Shown here piece by piece: positions 18,155 to 27,576 of a stretch of DNA of 64,000 nt. The DNA lies in contig JBBTST010000001.1 of the NCBI GenBank assembly GCA_038064575.1, positions 99,650 to 163,649 of the forward strand, read 5' to 3'. The position numbers and the translations under genes were made by a program. Numbering within the stretch: the first letter of the stretch is position 1; each line of letters starts with the position of its first letter. Below the pieces are notes generated by a model. It did not search any database, was not told where the DNA came from, and saw only the letters and a list, made by a program, of their open reading frames with translations. The stretch is from Patescibacteria group bacterium. GTDB lineage: Bacteria; Patescibacteriota; WWE3; UBA101185; 2-01-FULL-41-18.

Positions 18155-20737
18155 CTATACGTTTTCCGTGGGCAATGTAAAGGAAAAAGTTGATCCAACA
18201 CCTACTGTAGATTCTTCTAAAACCACTTTACCCCCCATAGCTTCCGCCATGAGTCTTGTGATATACAAACCAAGACCCGTACTTCTTTGTGGATCCCTTG
18301 TATACAAGCTCTCATTTGCTTGTTGAAATTTCCTAAAAAGCAAGCTTCTGCTGCTTTCAGAAATACCGTCTCCGGTATCTGTTACCAACACTTTCATTAA
18401 CTCATTCTGAACCACAAACCTTATTGAAACACCGCCCTTTTGCGTAAACTTTATAGAATTTCCTATCAAATTTATCAACACTTCTCTACATTTTTCTTTA
18501 TCCCCTAAAGCTAAAGGTGCTTTATTCTGTGAGAGGGTATCCTCAACCCTAAGATAGATTCCCTTATCAAGCGCTGTTTGACTCAAGGTTTTTACAACTT
18601 CAGTAGAAAGTTCAAAAATATCAAATCTTTCTCTCTTGAATTCCATTTTGCCCATTTCTAGTCTGGAGGTTGTCAAAAAATCATTTACTATTCCAATAAG
18701 CCTTACACTTGCAGCATAAGTATCCTCAAGCATTTCTTTAAGAAGCTTATCTTTAAGCAGGTCTTTAAAATGTTCCAGAATTAGTGATATGTTCCCCCTT
18801 ATTGCAGTTAAAGGCGTCCTTAATTCGTGTGACGCTATTGAAAAAAACTCGTCACGTGATCTTTCCATCACTTTCACTTCAGTAATATCATTTATTAATA
18901 TCAGAATTCCTATCAATTCCCTATCTTCTTCTAAATCTTCAAGAACAGGTCTGATAAAGATGCTTAAATACTTTTTGCCAAAAGACAAATCTTTAAACTC
19001 CACTGGTTCTCTGGTTTTAAGACAGGTTTTATAGTTAGCTACTATATCTACCCCAGTATTTTCAATAAGCTTAGCAACATCACCAATGGTTTGAATACTT
19101 ATACTACCATCAATGATCCCGTAAAATTCTTGGTTTGTTATGACAACATTTTCTTTAGTATCTAAAAGTAAGAATCCCTCAGGAGTGCTGTTTATAGCGG
19201 CTTTTAACTTTGCGTGTTCATCATTTAGTTCTTTTGTTCTTTCCTCTACTTTTCTCTCTACGCTTTGCTTCTCCTGAATGATTTTTTCATCAGCAGCAAT
19301 CCTTTCAGTTATATCCTCTCCTGACATAACTATTGAGTGCGCTTTACTCTGGGAATCTTCAAGAAGTGAATTGTGCCACATAAGTATTCTTTCTCTACCG
19401 TCTTTGGTGACAATAGGACTTTCAAAATATTCAATGTTAATTTCTCTGTTTGAGATTCTTTCAAACATGTATCTTAAATTATCCTTTATATTTTCAGGTA
19501 TAAAGCTTGTGAACCACTCCTTACCAACAATCTCCTTTTCCTCATACCCTAGCAAACGGCACCCAGCCTTATTTATTAATAAAACCTTTCCTGATAAATC
19601 TAGTATTACTATAGAAGAACCAATAACCTCTAGGTATTTCTGAATCTTATACTTTTCATCTTTGAGAGTTTTGGTTGATTGGTCAAGAGATACAAGCATT
19701 TTATTGATGGATTTAGTCAGTTTTGAAATTTCATCTTCTCCTTTCTTCTCCCTCACCTTGAGCAAACAGTCATCGGTACATTCCGCAATATTTGTAATAT
19801 CTCTACTTAGTCTGGATACATGTTTGACAACAAGGTTTTCAAGCAAAGACAATATCAATACAGTACCAAGCACAAGCATAATACCCATTACCAATCCTAT
19901 GTAATGGATACTGGTAATTCCTTGTTTATATATCTCTCTTGAATTTGTGATTTTAAGAATAACCAAAGGATTACCATATAAATCATCAACTAAAAGATAG
20001 TCGGCTATAGTTTTGGTATCAAGCAACTTAATATGAGTTTTAGTTTCCCGATTTCTCAAAAAAACGTCTTTTGCTTCATCAAAATCCACGGCTGTAGAAG
20101 AACCCACAAGCTCAGGTGAGACAAGGACCATCTCTAAGGGAGCTTTAATTAACCTTGAATACGATAGAAGACTATTGTCATCTATAATCTTTCCAAAAAC
20201 AAGAAAGCCATTTGAAGGACCTTCAGCCTGACTTGTAAGTAAGGATCTCTTCACAATCATCATTGGTCCAAGAGATGTATTAATAAAACCCTTCTTTAAT
20301 TCATCATTTTCTAAAAGTAAAGATTTATTAGAAAAATGGTCTAAAATATCTTGGGGAATCTTATAATCTTTTTTTTCTTTTAAGCTATAGTATTTGCTAT
20401 AAACCTGTTTTCCATCAGTTCGTATAAAAAGAATCAAATTGATGTCAAGCAAATCAAGCGCCAGATTGTTTAAATTACTTTCAATGAACTCCTGATTTCC
20501 ATCAAGTATAAAGTTATAAGAGTCATCCCAAACAGCCCAGTCCGCCGACTTATCTTCCAGGTTAGAAAGGCTGTCCAACAAAGTTTCTGATAGATGACTC
20601 AAATTCTTAAGCTCTAAGTCTTGCTCAATTCTTCTGAAACCATCCAAGAGAAAGACAGAACTCAAAAAGTAAAGGGCAGAAGTAATAACAAGAAAAGTAA
20701 TAGCTATTATTAAAAGAGTTTTTTTTCTTATACTCAT
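18155..20737 (-). CDS. large membrane sensor histidine kinase (extracytoplasmic sensor domain, HAMP, PAS, HisKA, HATPase)
   Basis: Two TM helices flank a ~250-aa extracytoplasmic domain; H-box HELRTPLTAIRGN; HATPase motifs (GLGLYITRLMAEAMGG, GVGSTFSF). Confidence 0.8.
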   Translation of the reverse strand: MSIRKKTLLIIAITFLVITSALYFLSSVFLLDGFRRIEQDLELKNLSHLSETLLDSLSNLEDKSADWAVWDDSYNFILDGNQEFIESNLNNLALDLLDINLILFIRTDGKQVYSKYYSLKEKKDYKIPQDILDHFSNKSLLLENDELKKGFINTSLGPMMIVKRSLLTSQAEGPSNGFLVFGKIIDDNSLLSYSRLIKAPLEMVLVSPELVGSSTAVDFDEAKDVFLRNRETKTHIKLLDTKTIADYLLVDDLYGNPLVILKITNSREIYKQGITSIHYIGLVMGIMLVLGTVLILSLLENLVVKHVSRLSRDITNIAECTDDCLLKVREKKGEDEISKLTKSINKMLVSLDQSTKTLKDEKYKIQKYLEVIGSSIVILDLSGKVLLINKAGCRLLGYEEKEIVGKEWFTSFIPENIKDNLRYMFERISNREINIEYFESPIVTKDGRERILMWHNSLLEDSQSKAHSIVMSGEDITERIAADEKIIQEKQSVERKVEERTKELNDEHAKLKAAINSTPEGFLLLDTKENVVITNQEFYGIIDGSISIQTIGDVAKLIENTGVDIVANYKTCLKTREPVEFKDLSFGKKYLSIFIRPVLEDLEEDRELIGILILINDITEVKVMERSRDEFFSIASHELRTPLTAIRGNISLILEHFKDLLKDKLLKEMLEDTYAASVRLIGIVNDFLTTSRLEMGKMEFKRERFDIFELSTEVVKTLSQTALDKGIYLRVEDTLSQNKAPLALGDKEKCREVLINLIGNSIKFTQKGGVSIRFVVQNELMKVLVTDTGDGISESSRSLLFRKFQQANESLYTRDPQRSTGLGLYITRLMAEAMGGKVVLEESTVGVGSTFSFTLPTENV

Positions 20738-22371
20738 TTTATTTGATAAACAATGTACTTTGATATCAAATATGTGGGAATTAAAGAAAGTAACATTAAA
20801 GCCGCTGTCATCACAAAAGTTTCTTCAATAGATTTACCTGCAGCCTGAAAGGTTTCAAGCTGTCTTCTCCCAACAAATAGCATCCCTATAATGTTATTAT
20901 CAACATCCCTAATGGGTTGGTAGGAGGCATAGTAGGGAACACTTAAAAACTTAATGGTTCCCTTGAAATTCTTTCCCCTTCCAAGTACAGAAGCTACCAC
21001 ATTCTGGTTAACTTCTGTAATGCCTATTGATCTTGATCCGCTAGGAGAAGAAATGGTGGACGCTGAGAGCTTTTCCCCCCCGTAAACTGCGGAGTCAAGA
21101 CCTGTTGAAGTTTTAATACCGTCAACAAATGCATTATCAATATTAACTCCGGAAACAACGGCACCTATAATATTATTTTCTAATTTAATCGGGTAGGCTC
21201 CTTTTATAGAAATTACCTGAGCCGGAACCGCATTTCTGACGGTAAGAGAAGTCACCCCTTCACCAAGCAACACTCGTTTCACAAGAGGATCATTTGACAA
21301 GGATTCTCCTATCCTTTCAGTTTCCTCTCCTCTTGCCAAAACTTGCCCGCTTGAATCAACAAGAAGCAAACTGTTCTGACTTTTATTCAGCAAAAAAATC
21401 TCTGAAAGCTCTGCCAACATTTTTTTATCTAAAGTTTTAGTGGCTATCACAACTTTCTCATTCTGAGCAAGAAATTCAGCGTCAGTCAAAACCTGTAATT
21501 TCTTGGTTTCTAAAACATAGGACAATACTCTTGAATCAATTTCAAGCCTAGCTAAGGTCTCATTTTCTATATTTTTAAAAAGAAGAGTACTATAGCTAAT
21601 TGCTGTTAAAACAAAAATAAACAAAATTGCCGAGACAGAAATAATCAGAAGCTGAGTTTCAAAGCGTCTCAAAAGATAGCTAAACACCCACCTTCCCAAA
21701 ATCAAAAAGGAAATTGTCAAAAAAAAGTTTTGGAGTACCCACAAAAGACCAAAGGGCGCAACTAGATCATATAAAGTTACATCTTGCGAGTTTCTTAAGA
21801 TATAAGGTATTGAAAGTAATTCAGAAATTGAGAGAACAAAAAAACCTAAAAACGGCTGCTTAAGGTGCCTCTCAAGTCCTTTTGTAAATTTGATAAAATA
21901 AAACAGCGTAACTAGTAAAGATAATGGAACAGAAAAATAAATGGCACTGAAAGGCAGGAGCGAGTTAGCCAGATTGTGAGTAGTAGTTATTCTCTGATCC
22001 AAACCTAATTTTGAATTTTGTTTATTAAGCTCCTCTTCTGAAGTTTTTGGTTTTTTTTGAAGTGGATCAGCTATTAACCCTACAAGTATTAGAAAAAACC
22101 CAAGGTTTTTCAGAATGCCTGAAATAAAGTCAACTACATTCTTTGGAACAATTGGATTCAAAAGAAAAGAAGTCTCAATAACAAGGGAACACAAAAAAAA
22201 TGAGAAGGCGAGTAGTAAGAAACCAAAAATCTTTAAAATATCCTTAACTGTTTTTCTTCCTTTTGTAGCATCAAAGTATAACCAGGCAATAGAAAACATC
22301 ACCAAAGAGCCAAACACATTTAGTGCAAAGTGCAAATTCTGAAGAATAAACGGATACCACATAGTTACCAT
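20734..22371 (-). CDS. polytopic membrane protein with a ~280-aa extracytoplasmic (Cache-like?) domain
   Basis: At least 6 N-terminal TM helices, a soluble domain and a C-terminal TM helix; its stop overlaps the HK start by 4 nt (operon). Confidence 0.45.
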   Translation of the reverse strand: MVTMWYPFILQNLHFALNVFGSLVMFSIAWLYFDATKGRKTVKDILKIFGFLLLAFSFFLCSLVIETSFLLNPIVPKNVVDFISGILKNLGFFLILVGLIADPLQKKPKTSEEELNKQNSKLGLDQRITTTHNLANSLLPFSAIYFSVPLSLLVTLFYFIKFTKGLERHLKQPFLGFFVLSISELLSIPYILRNSQDVTLYDLVAPFGLLWVLQNFFLTISFLILGRWVFSYLLRRFETQLLIISVSAILFIFVLTAISYSTLLFKNIENETLARLEIDSRVLSYVLETKKLQVLTDAEFLAQNEKVVIATKTLDKKMLAELSEIFLLNKSQNSLLLVDSSGQVLARGEETERIGESLSNDPLVKRVLLGEGVTSLTVRNAVPAQVISIKGAYPIKLENNIIGAVVSGVNIDNAFVDGIKTSTGLDSAVYGGEKLSASTISSPSGSRSIGITEVNQNVVASVLGRGKNFKGTIKFLSVPYYASYQPIRDVDNNIIGMLFVGRRQLETFQAAGKSIEETFVMTAALMLLSLIPTYLISKYIVYQIK

Positions 22372-22374
22372 TTC

Positions 22375-24642
22375 TTAATTCTTATATAGATTCTCAAATA
22401 TTTCGTTGGCAGTTAATACACCTGTTTTTAATTCTTTAATATTTCCCTTTCTATCCATTATCAAATGAGTGGGAGAATATAACAATCCCAAAGACTCAAT
22501 AAGACTTCCTTTGGGGTCTGCAAGAAAGAGAGGTTTATAGCCTCCCCTCTTCTTAAAAATGGCAACCTTGCTATCTGACTCGTGAGGCATAATAACAACA
22601 GAATTTACCTCCTGCTCCAAATTGTTAAGATTTGAAAGCTGATCAGGTGTTGAGGGAGCCCAAGAAGTCATAAATGAAACAATAGTTGGTTTGCCTCTCA
22701 AAGCAAGGTTGTTAACAAACTCTCCTTCTGATCTGAGGTTAAAATTTGGTAACGTCACAAGTTTTAAATCCTTTTGAGAGCTATCAACAAAAATAGAAGG
22801 GTAAGAAACTTCTAAATCTACGGTGTCAGCCCAAATATTGGACACACCTAGAAAATTCCAAGACTTAGCAAGTGAAAAGTTTGCTGAGACAATGAATGGT
22901 TTTAAGAGCAGAAAACTTTTTGTTTTTGTCTCCTTAAAACCCGGTTTTCTTACACTCAAATAGTATTTCCCTTCCGGGAGAAGAAGCTTATAACTGCCAT
23001 CACTCAGAGTCCTCTGCGGGTTTTCCTGAGAAAAAGCCTGGGCATCCCAAGGAATGAATGTGTTAGAAAGTTCCTCATACATATAAACTGTGACCAAAGC
23101 GTCCTCCAGAGGTTTACCATTGTTAGTTACAACCCCACCTGGCAGGATTACGGCTCTGCCAAGTTTTCTTTGGGTTTTATTTCCAGCCCCATCTATCAAA
23201 AACGCCTCAAGATGATAAACTCCCATGCCCTCAAAAAACAAAACTCCTCTCCAAAGACCTGTTTCCAAATCTCTTGTAAGAGAGGCTGTGTTCCTGACCT
23301 CATCAATAGCCTTATTTGCAAAAACCGAATAGCTTGAGATTTTAATCCCTTTTTCTGAAAGTTGTTTGGTTTCTTCTACACTCTTAGTTGAAACTACGTC
23401 AATTGATACAGGTCCTCCAATTGAGGATAAGTTAATGTTAATTTCTCCCATAGGCAGAAAAATAAAACCGTTTTGGTCTTGCTCAAATATCTGTGGGCCA
23501 CTGTTTAATAAAACCATCCCAGCCTGAGGCGGAATCACATCAATTATAAGTTTGTAGGAATCACTGAGCCTTATGTTACCTGAAGTATCTGTAGCTCTGA
23601 GTCTTAAATCAAAATCCCCATCCTCAAGAAAGGAAGGAGAAAATTCAAACTTTGCACTACTTTCACTCTTTTCAGGAAGGGGCACAGGTAGCCAATTAAA
23701 CCCATTGTCCATTGAATATTCCACTTTTCCTATTTTGGTGTTATCAGATACATTACCTAAAAGCTTAGGAAGAGTTGTGAAGGGCTTTGAAAGATCAGAT
23801 GTTAGAACTATTAAAGGCTGGGTTTTATCAAAAATATATTCAATTGTAGGAGAAGCCTCCTTTACTTCAGTAACAATTGTTGTTGTTACTATGGATTTCT
23901 TAGCCGTAACAAAAGTATTATCTGAGGTTCTTGCTTCATTGCCACCAGAATCGGTACTCTTTACCCTGTAATGATAGGTTTTATTAGTTTTCAAATCTTT
24001 CAAGGTTATTGAGTGAGTTTTGGTACGCTTTGAGCTGCTTTTTGATTTGCCATAGGAGGTTGTAAGCCCATATTCCACAACCGAGTTTGCTTCCTCATTG
24101 GTCGTCCATTTTATTTTTACAGAAGAATTTGTAATGTCTGAGACTGACAGAGAGGAAATTAGAGGGGCCTCTGGGTTATCTCCTTCACTAATAGAAGTAC
24201 TCAATGAGCCTGAACAGCTTGTAGGGGAAGTACCATCTGTATTATCAGCTACATTAACTTCCCAGCTTTTTGCACTCTCCTCTGAAGAAGAGGTTGTAAC
24301 TGACACCTCAATATATGTTCCAGAGGGTCCATATATTTCAATCCCGGTCAAAGTAACACTGTCCGAATCATAGGAAACAGCACCTTCCGGAGCGGATGCC
24401 CCTGTAATGGTGTATTTAGAAGAAGGTTTATCTATTTTTATCCACAAAATATTATCTGAAGTATCTTCGTTATTTATGTCAAATCTAAGAGTCTCAGAAG
24501 CACCAGGGCTTAGGCTGTTTATGGAAACTCCTGCTGTACAAGAAATTACCACTTGGGAGTATCCTTTACTTAAAAATGGTGATAATAGTAGTAATAGAAT
24601 ACTAAACAAAAAAATAAGCGAGCTTTTGGCAGTAGAAATCAT
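22375..24642 (-). CDS. large secreted multidomain surface protein (FN3/Ig-like repeats, carboxypeptidase-regulatory-like domain, C-terminal cysteine-less thioredoxin-fold domain)
   Basis: Signal peptide and Ser/Thr-rich linkers. An FN3-like segment (VKIKWTTNEEANSVVEYGLTTSYG) and a CarboxypepD_reg-like segment (SDGSYKLLLPEGKYYLSV). The C-terminus matches the TlpA/redoxin pattern, but WCxxC is replaced by WAPST. Confidence 0.5.
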   Translation of the reverse strand: MISTAKSSLIFLFSILLLLLSPFLSKGYSQVVISCTAGVSINSLSPGASETLRFDINNEDTSDNILWIKIDKPSSKYTITGASAPEGAVSYDSDSVTLTGIEIYGPSGTYIEVSVTTSSSEESAKSWEVNVADNTDGTSPTSCSGSLSTSISEGDNPEAPLISSLSVSDITNSSVKIKWTTNEEANSVVEYGLTTSYGKSKSSSKRTKTHSITLKDLKTNKTYHYRVKSTDSGGNEARTSDNTFVTAKKSIVTTTIVTEVKEASPTIEYIFDKTQPLIVLTSDLSKPFTTLPKLLGNVSDNTKIGKVEYSMDNGFNWLPVPLPEKSESSAKFEFSPSFLEDGDFDLRLRATDTSGNIRLSDSYKLIIDVIPPQAGMVLLNSGPQIFEQDQNGFIFLPMGEININLSSIGGPVSIDVVSTKSVEETKQLSEKGIKISSYSVFANKAIDEVRNTASLTRDLETGLWRGVLFFEGMGVYHLEAFLIDGAGNKTQRKLGRAVILPGGVVTNNGKPLEDALVTVYMYEELSNTFIPWDAQAFSQENPQRTLSDGSYKLLLPEGKYYLSVRKPGFKETKTKSFLLLKPFIVSANFSLAKSWNFLGVSNIWADTVDLEVSYPSIFVDSSQKDLKLVTLPNFNLRSEGEFVNNLALRGKPTIVSFMTSWAPSTPDQLSNLNNLEQEVNSVVIMPHESDSKVAIFKKRGGYKPLFLADPKGSLIESLGLLYSPTHLIMDRKGNIKELKTGVLTANEIFENLYKN

Positions 24643-24707
24643 TTTGATTTAAATTTTCCAGCTTAATCCCTCTTAAGAAAGTATAGCAACAAATAAAGTT
24701 TCATGAT

Positions 24708-25610
24708 CTAGCTTTTTTTGTTTTTCCTTACAAAATTTTCCCACACAACAAGAATTGGCGAAGCGTTGAAAATTGAGGAATAAGTGCCTGAAACTATACC
24801 AATCAAAAGCGCAAACACAAACCATCTAATGGACTCCCCCCCCAGAAGAAGAAGGGACAAAAGAGTAAGAATTACTGTAAGAGAGGTTTTTACACTTCTA
24901 TCCAAAGTTTCAACAAGAGAGTAATTTACAACATACTCAAAACTCATGCTCTTCATTTTAAGCAGGTTTTCTCTAATCCTATCAAACACAACAATAGTAT
25001 CGTGAACGGAAAAACCAATTACTGTAAGTAACGCAGTGATAAAAAGGGAATTTATTTCAACCCCAAAGAAATACCCAAGAATAGAAAAAACACCCAAAAC
25101 TACAAAGGCATCGTGCAAAACTGCAATTATTGCCGATACTCCAAATCTAAAACTGGAGTAAGGGGATGGAACTTGTCTAAAAGAATAGGCTATATATAGA
25201 AGTATTCCTACTGAAGCTATGACTACGGAAAGGAGTGCATTTCTGGTAGTTTCCTGCCCTATTACAGGGCCGATAGTTTCAAAAGACGTCTGGGAAATCT
25301 TGTTATCATTAAAGCTATCTTGCAGTTTAGTTTTTATTTCTTCATTTTTGGCGTTATCAACAGACCTTGATCTGACCAACAGTTTTCCATCACCAGTTTC
25401 CACTACACTTTCAATTTCTACTCCCACATCATCAAAAACACTTTTAATTTCTTCCCTGGACAGTTTTTTTTCATAAGAGAATTCAAACACAGATCCTCCG
25501 GTAAAATCTATGGAAAGTTTTAGGCCTTTAAGTGAAAGAAATATAAGCCCTGGAACTAAAACCGCAATAGATACAAAAAAATATATATTCTTTTTAGCAA
25601 GCAAATTCAT
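24708..25610 (-). CDS. secF: protein-export membrane protein SecF
   Basis: Six-TM SecDF-family topology with the conserved C-terminal membrane core; immediately downstream of secD. Confidence 0.85.
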   Translation of the reverse strand: MNLLAKKNIYFFVSIAVLVPGLIFLSLKGLKLSIDFTGGSVFEFSYEKKLSREEIKSVFDDVGVEIESVVETGDGKLLVRSRSVDNAKNEEIKTKLQDSFNDNKISQTSFETIGPVIGQETTRNALLSVVIASVGILLYIAYSFRQVPSPYSSFRFGVSAIIAVLHDAFVVLGVFSILGYFFGVEINSLFITALLTVIGFSVHDTIVVFDRIRENLLKMKSMSFEYVVNYSLVETLDRSVKTSLTVILTLLSLLLLGGESIRWFVFALLIGIVSGTYSSIFNASPILVVWENFVRKNKKS

Positions 25611-25616
25611 AAATAG

Positions 25617-26981
25617 TCAGGCTTTTCTATACAACAAATCTATTAAAGTTCTTGTCACAAAGATAGCCGTAAATAAAGACACCCCAATCCCTACAGCCAG
25701 TGTTAGCGCAAAGCCTTTGACAACTCCTGTTCCAAAATGGAAAAGTATGGCACTTGTAAGAAGAGATGAGACATTTGAATCCTTAATTGATGACCAGGAT
25801 CTTTCAAAGCCGTTCCTAAGAGCAAGATTAAAAGGTCTGCCCCACAACAACTCCTCCTTTATTCTCTCAAAAGTCAGAATATTGGCATCAACTGCCATAC
25901 CTATGGAAAGGATAAAACCGGCCAATCCTGGCAGAGTTACTGTAACGGGAATAATTTTAAAGATAGCAAGCGTAATAAAGGTGTAAATCACAAGGGCAAT
26001 GTTAGCAATAACGCCAAGTCTCCCATAGCTAAAAACCATAAAAGCAAAAACTATCAAAACTCCAATTGCTCCGGCAATTAGACTTTTCTTGATAGAATCT
26101 TCCCCAAGGGTTGCCCCAATGGTTTTTTGTTCAATTATTTCAACAGGCACAGGAAGTGCCCCGGCTCTTAAAGATATGCTTAGCCTGTTAGCCTCTTGAA
26201 TAGAAAATGTTCCGGTAATTACGGGATCTGAAGTTAAACCATCAGCAAGGTCGGGGTTTACCACAGGCATAGATAAAGGTGTATCAGATTTATCAAGATA
26301 AATGGCAATGGGTTTGTTAATATTATTTTTTGCAATTTCTGAAAACTTGTTCCTTCCCTCAGTACTAAACCTTATTCTTATCTGCGGAGAGGAATTAAGG
26401 GAGGCGTTATCTCCACTAAATACTACATCTGCACCTTTCAAATCTGCTCCGGTAACTCCTGTATCTTCCCAAAAAGAAGGGCTTAGAAAATATTCCTGAA
26501 ATTTTGCCGGGTCATAAACTTCATCTTTTTTGATCTGCTTAAAAGTAAGTTGCGCAGTTTGACCTATCTGCGCTATAGCCTCATTCACATCGGTTACACC
26601 TGGAAGCTCCGCTATTACTCTATAATCATTTCCAGCTTTTGAAGTTTGGATAAGGGGTTCCGCAACTCCCAGTAAATCAACTCTTCTTCTAATTACTTCT
26701 TTAGCTGATTTCAAAGCACTGTCTTTTTCAGTCTCGGGGATTTTTGACATGTCAGCTTTAAGTACAACCCTTACACCACCCTGTATATCAAGGCCTTTTC
26801 TGACTTTAGTAAAATCAAACACAAATCTTCCTGAGAGAAAATCAAAATAATAGCCTCCTATATATGTATCTAAGGTAAAATACTTAGTAGTAACTTCTAC
26901 TGGGATTCTTGGAAGCGCTATTAAAACTGCAGCAAAAGATAACACCACTATTAAAACGAGTGTGATTTTTCTATTTTTCAT
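25617..26981 (-). CDS. secD: protein-export membrane protein SecD
   Basis: N-terminal TM helix, large periplasmic domain, and the C-terminal six-TM region with GLAGFILSIGMAVDANILTFERI. Confidence 0.85.
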   Translation of the reverse strand: MKNRKITLVLIVVLSFAAVLIALPRIPVEVTTKYFTLDTYIGGYYFDFLSGRFVFDFTKVRKGLDIQGGVRVVLKADMSKIPETEKDSALKSAKEVIRRRVDLLGVAEPLIQTSKAGNDYRVIAELPGVTDVNEAIAQIGQTAQLTFKQIKKDEVYDPAKFQEYFLSPSFWEDTGVTGADLKGADVVFSGDNASLNSSPQIRIRFSTEGRNKFSEIAKNNINKPIAIYLDKSDTPLSMPVVNPDLADGLTSDPVITGTFSIQEANRLSISLRAGALPVPVEIIEQKTIGATLGEDSIKKSLIAGAIGVLIVFAFMVFSYGRLGVIANIALVIYTFITLAIFKIIPVTVTLPGLAGFILSIGMAVDANILTFERIKEELLWGRPFNLALRNGFERSWSSIKDSNVSSLLTSAILFHFGTGVVKGFALTLAVGIGVSLFTAIFVTRTLIDLLYRKA

Positions 26982-26990
26982 ATGAGATTT

Positions 26991-27575
26991 TCATAGGAGG
27001 GAACAGAACTCTTCTTCATTTCCAATCAGCATAACTCGGGTTTGGCAAAGGAGTTGCATTATGAAAGGTTCTCTTCTCTTTTTCCTAAAAACAAATTCAT
27101 CATCACCCATAACCGTATAGTTTATTTCATGTTTATAAAGTTCTTCATACTTCTTAATTATTTCTTTCAAAAAATTGGCGTCAATTGATCCTACAATAAG
27201 AAGATCAACATCATTTTGCCCGGCGATTCTTCCTCCAATCAAAGCTCTTGACATAGCTGCAAAAGTAATATTCCCCAAATTTTTTGTGTTTTTAATCAAT
27301 TCCGATCCAAGACCAAACTCCTTTGCAACAAGATTCACAAGCTCAGGGTAGTAAATAAACTCTCTGTTTACATCATAAAATACCTTATTTCCTCTTGGGC
27401 GCCTTTTTACAAAACCTACTTTAGAAAGCCTCTCAAGCTCTCTTCTTACGGCATTTATTTCAGTCCCAACTTTTCTAACAATATCTCTAACATGGAGCGA
27501 CTGAGTAGGGCTTTCAACAAGCAGTAACGCCAAAATCTTAACCCTGACTTCTGATATTAGAATATCTTTAAGCAT
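26991..27575 (-). CDS. winged-HTH domain fused to a minimal nucleotidyltransferase (MNT-like) domain
   Basis: N-terminal wHTH (VRDIVRKVGTEINAVRRELERLSKVGFV); C-terminal GG...NDVDLLIVG pattern resembling the GS...DxD motif of minimal NTases. Confidence 0.4.
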   Translation of the reverse strand: MLKDILISEVRVKILALLLVESPTQSLHVRDIVRKVGTEINAVRRELERLSKVGFVKRRPRGNKVFYDVNREFIYYPELVNLVAKEFGLGSELIKNTKNLGNITFAAMSRALIGGRIAGQNDVDLLIVGSIDANFLKEIIKKYEELYKHEINYTVMGDDEFVFRKKRREPFIMQLLCQTRVMLIGNEEEFCSLL

Positions 27576-27576
27576 A

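Noticed and set aside
1243-25986. Numerous 60-160-aa ORFs antisense to or nested within the large genes (e.g. 1243..1437, 3136..3405, 4592..4984, 7554..7913, 19278..19643, 23573..23971, 25510..25986)
   Set aside because: They are fully embedded in well-supported genes on the opposite strand or in another frame, carry no SD, and have low-complexity composition.
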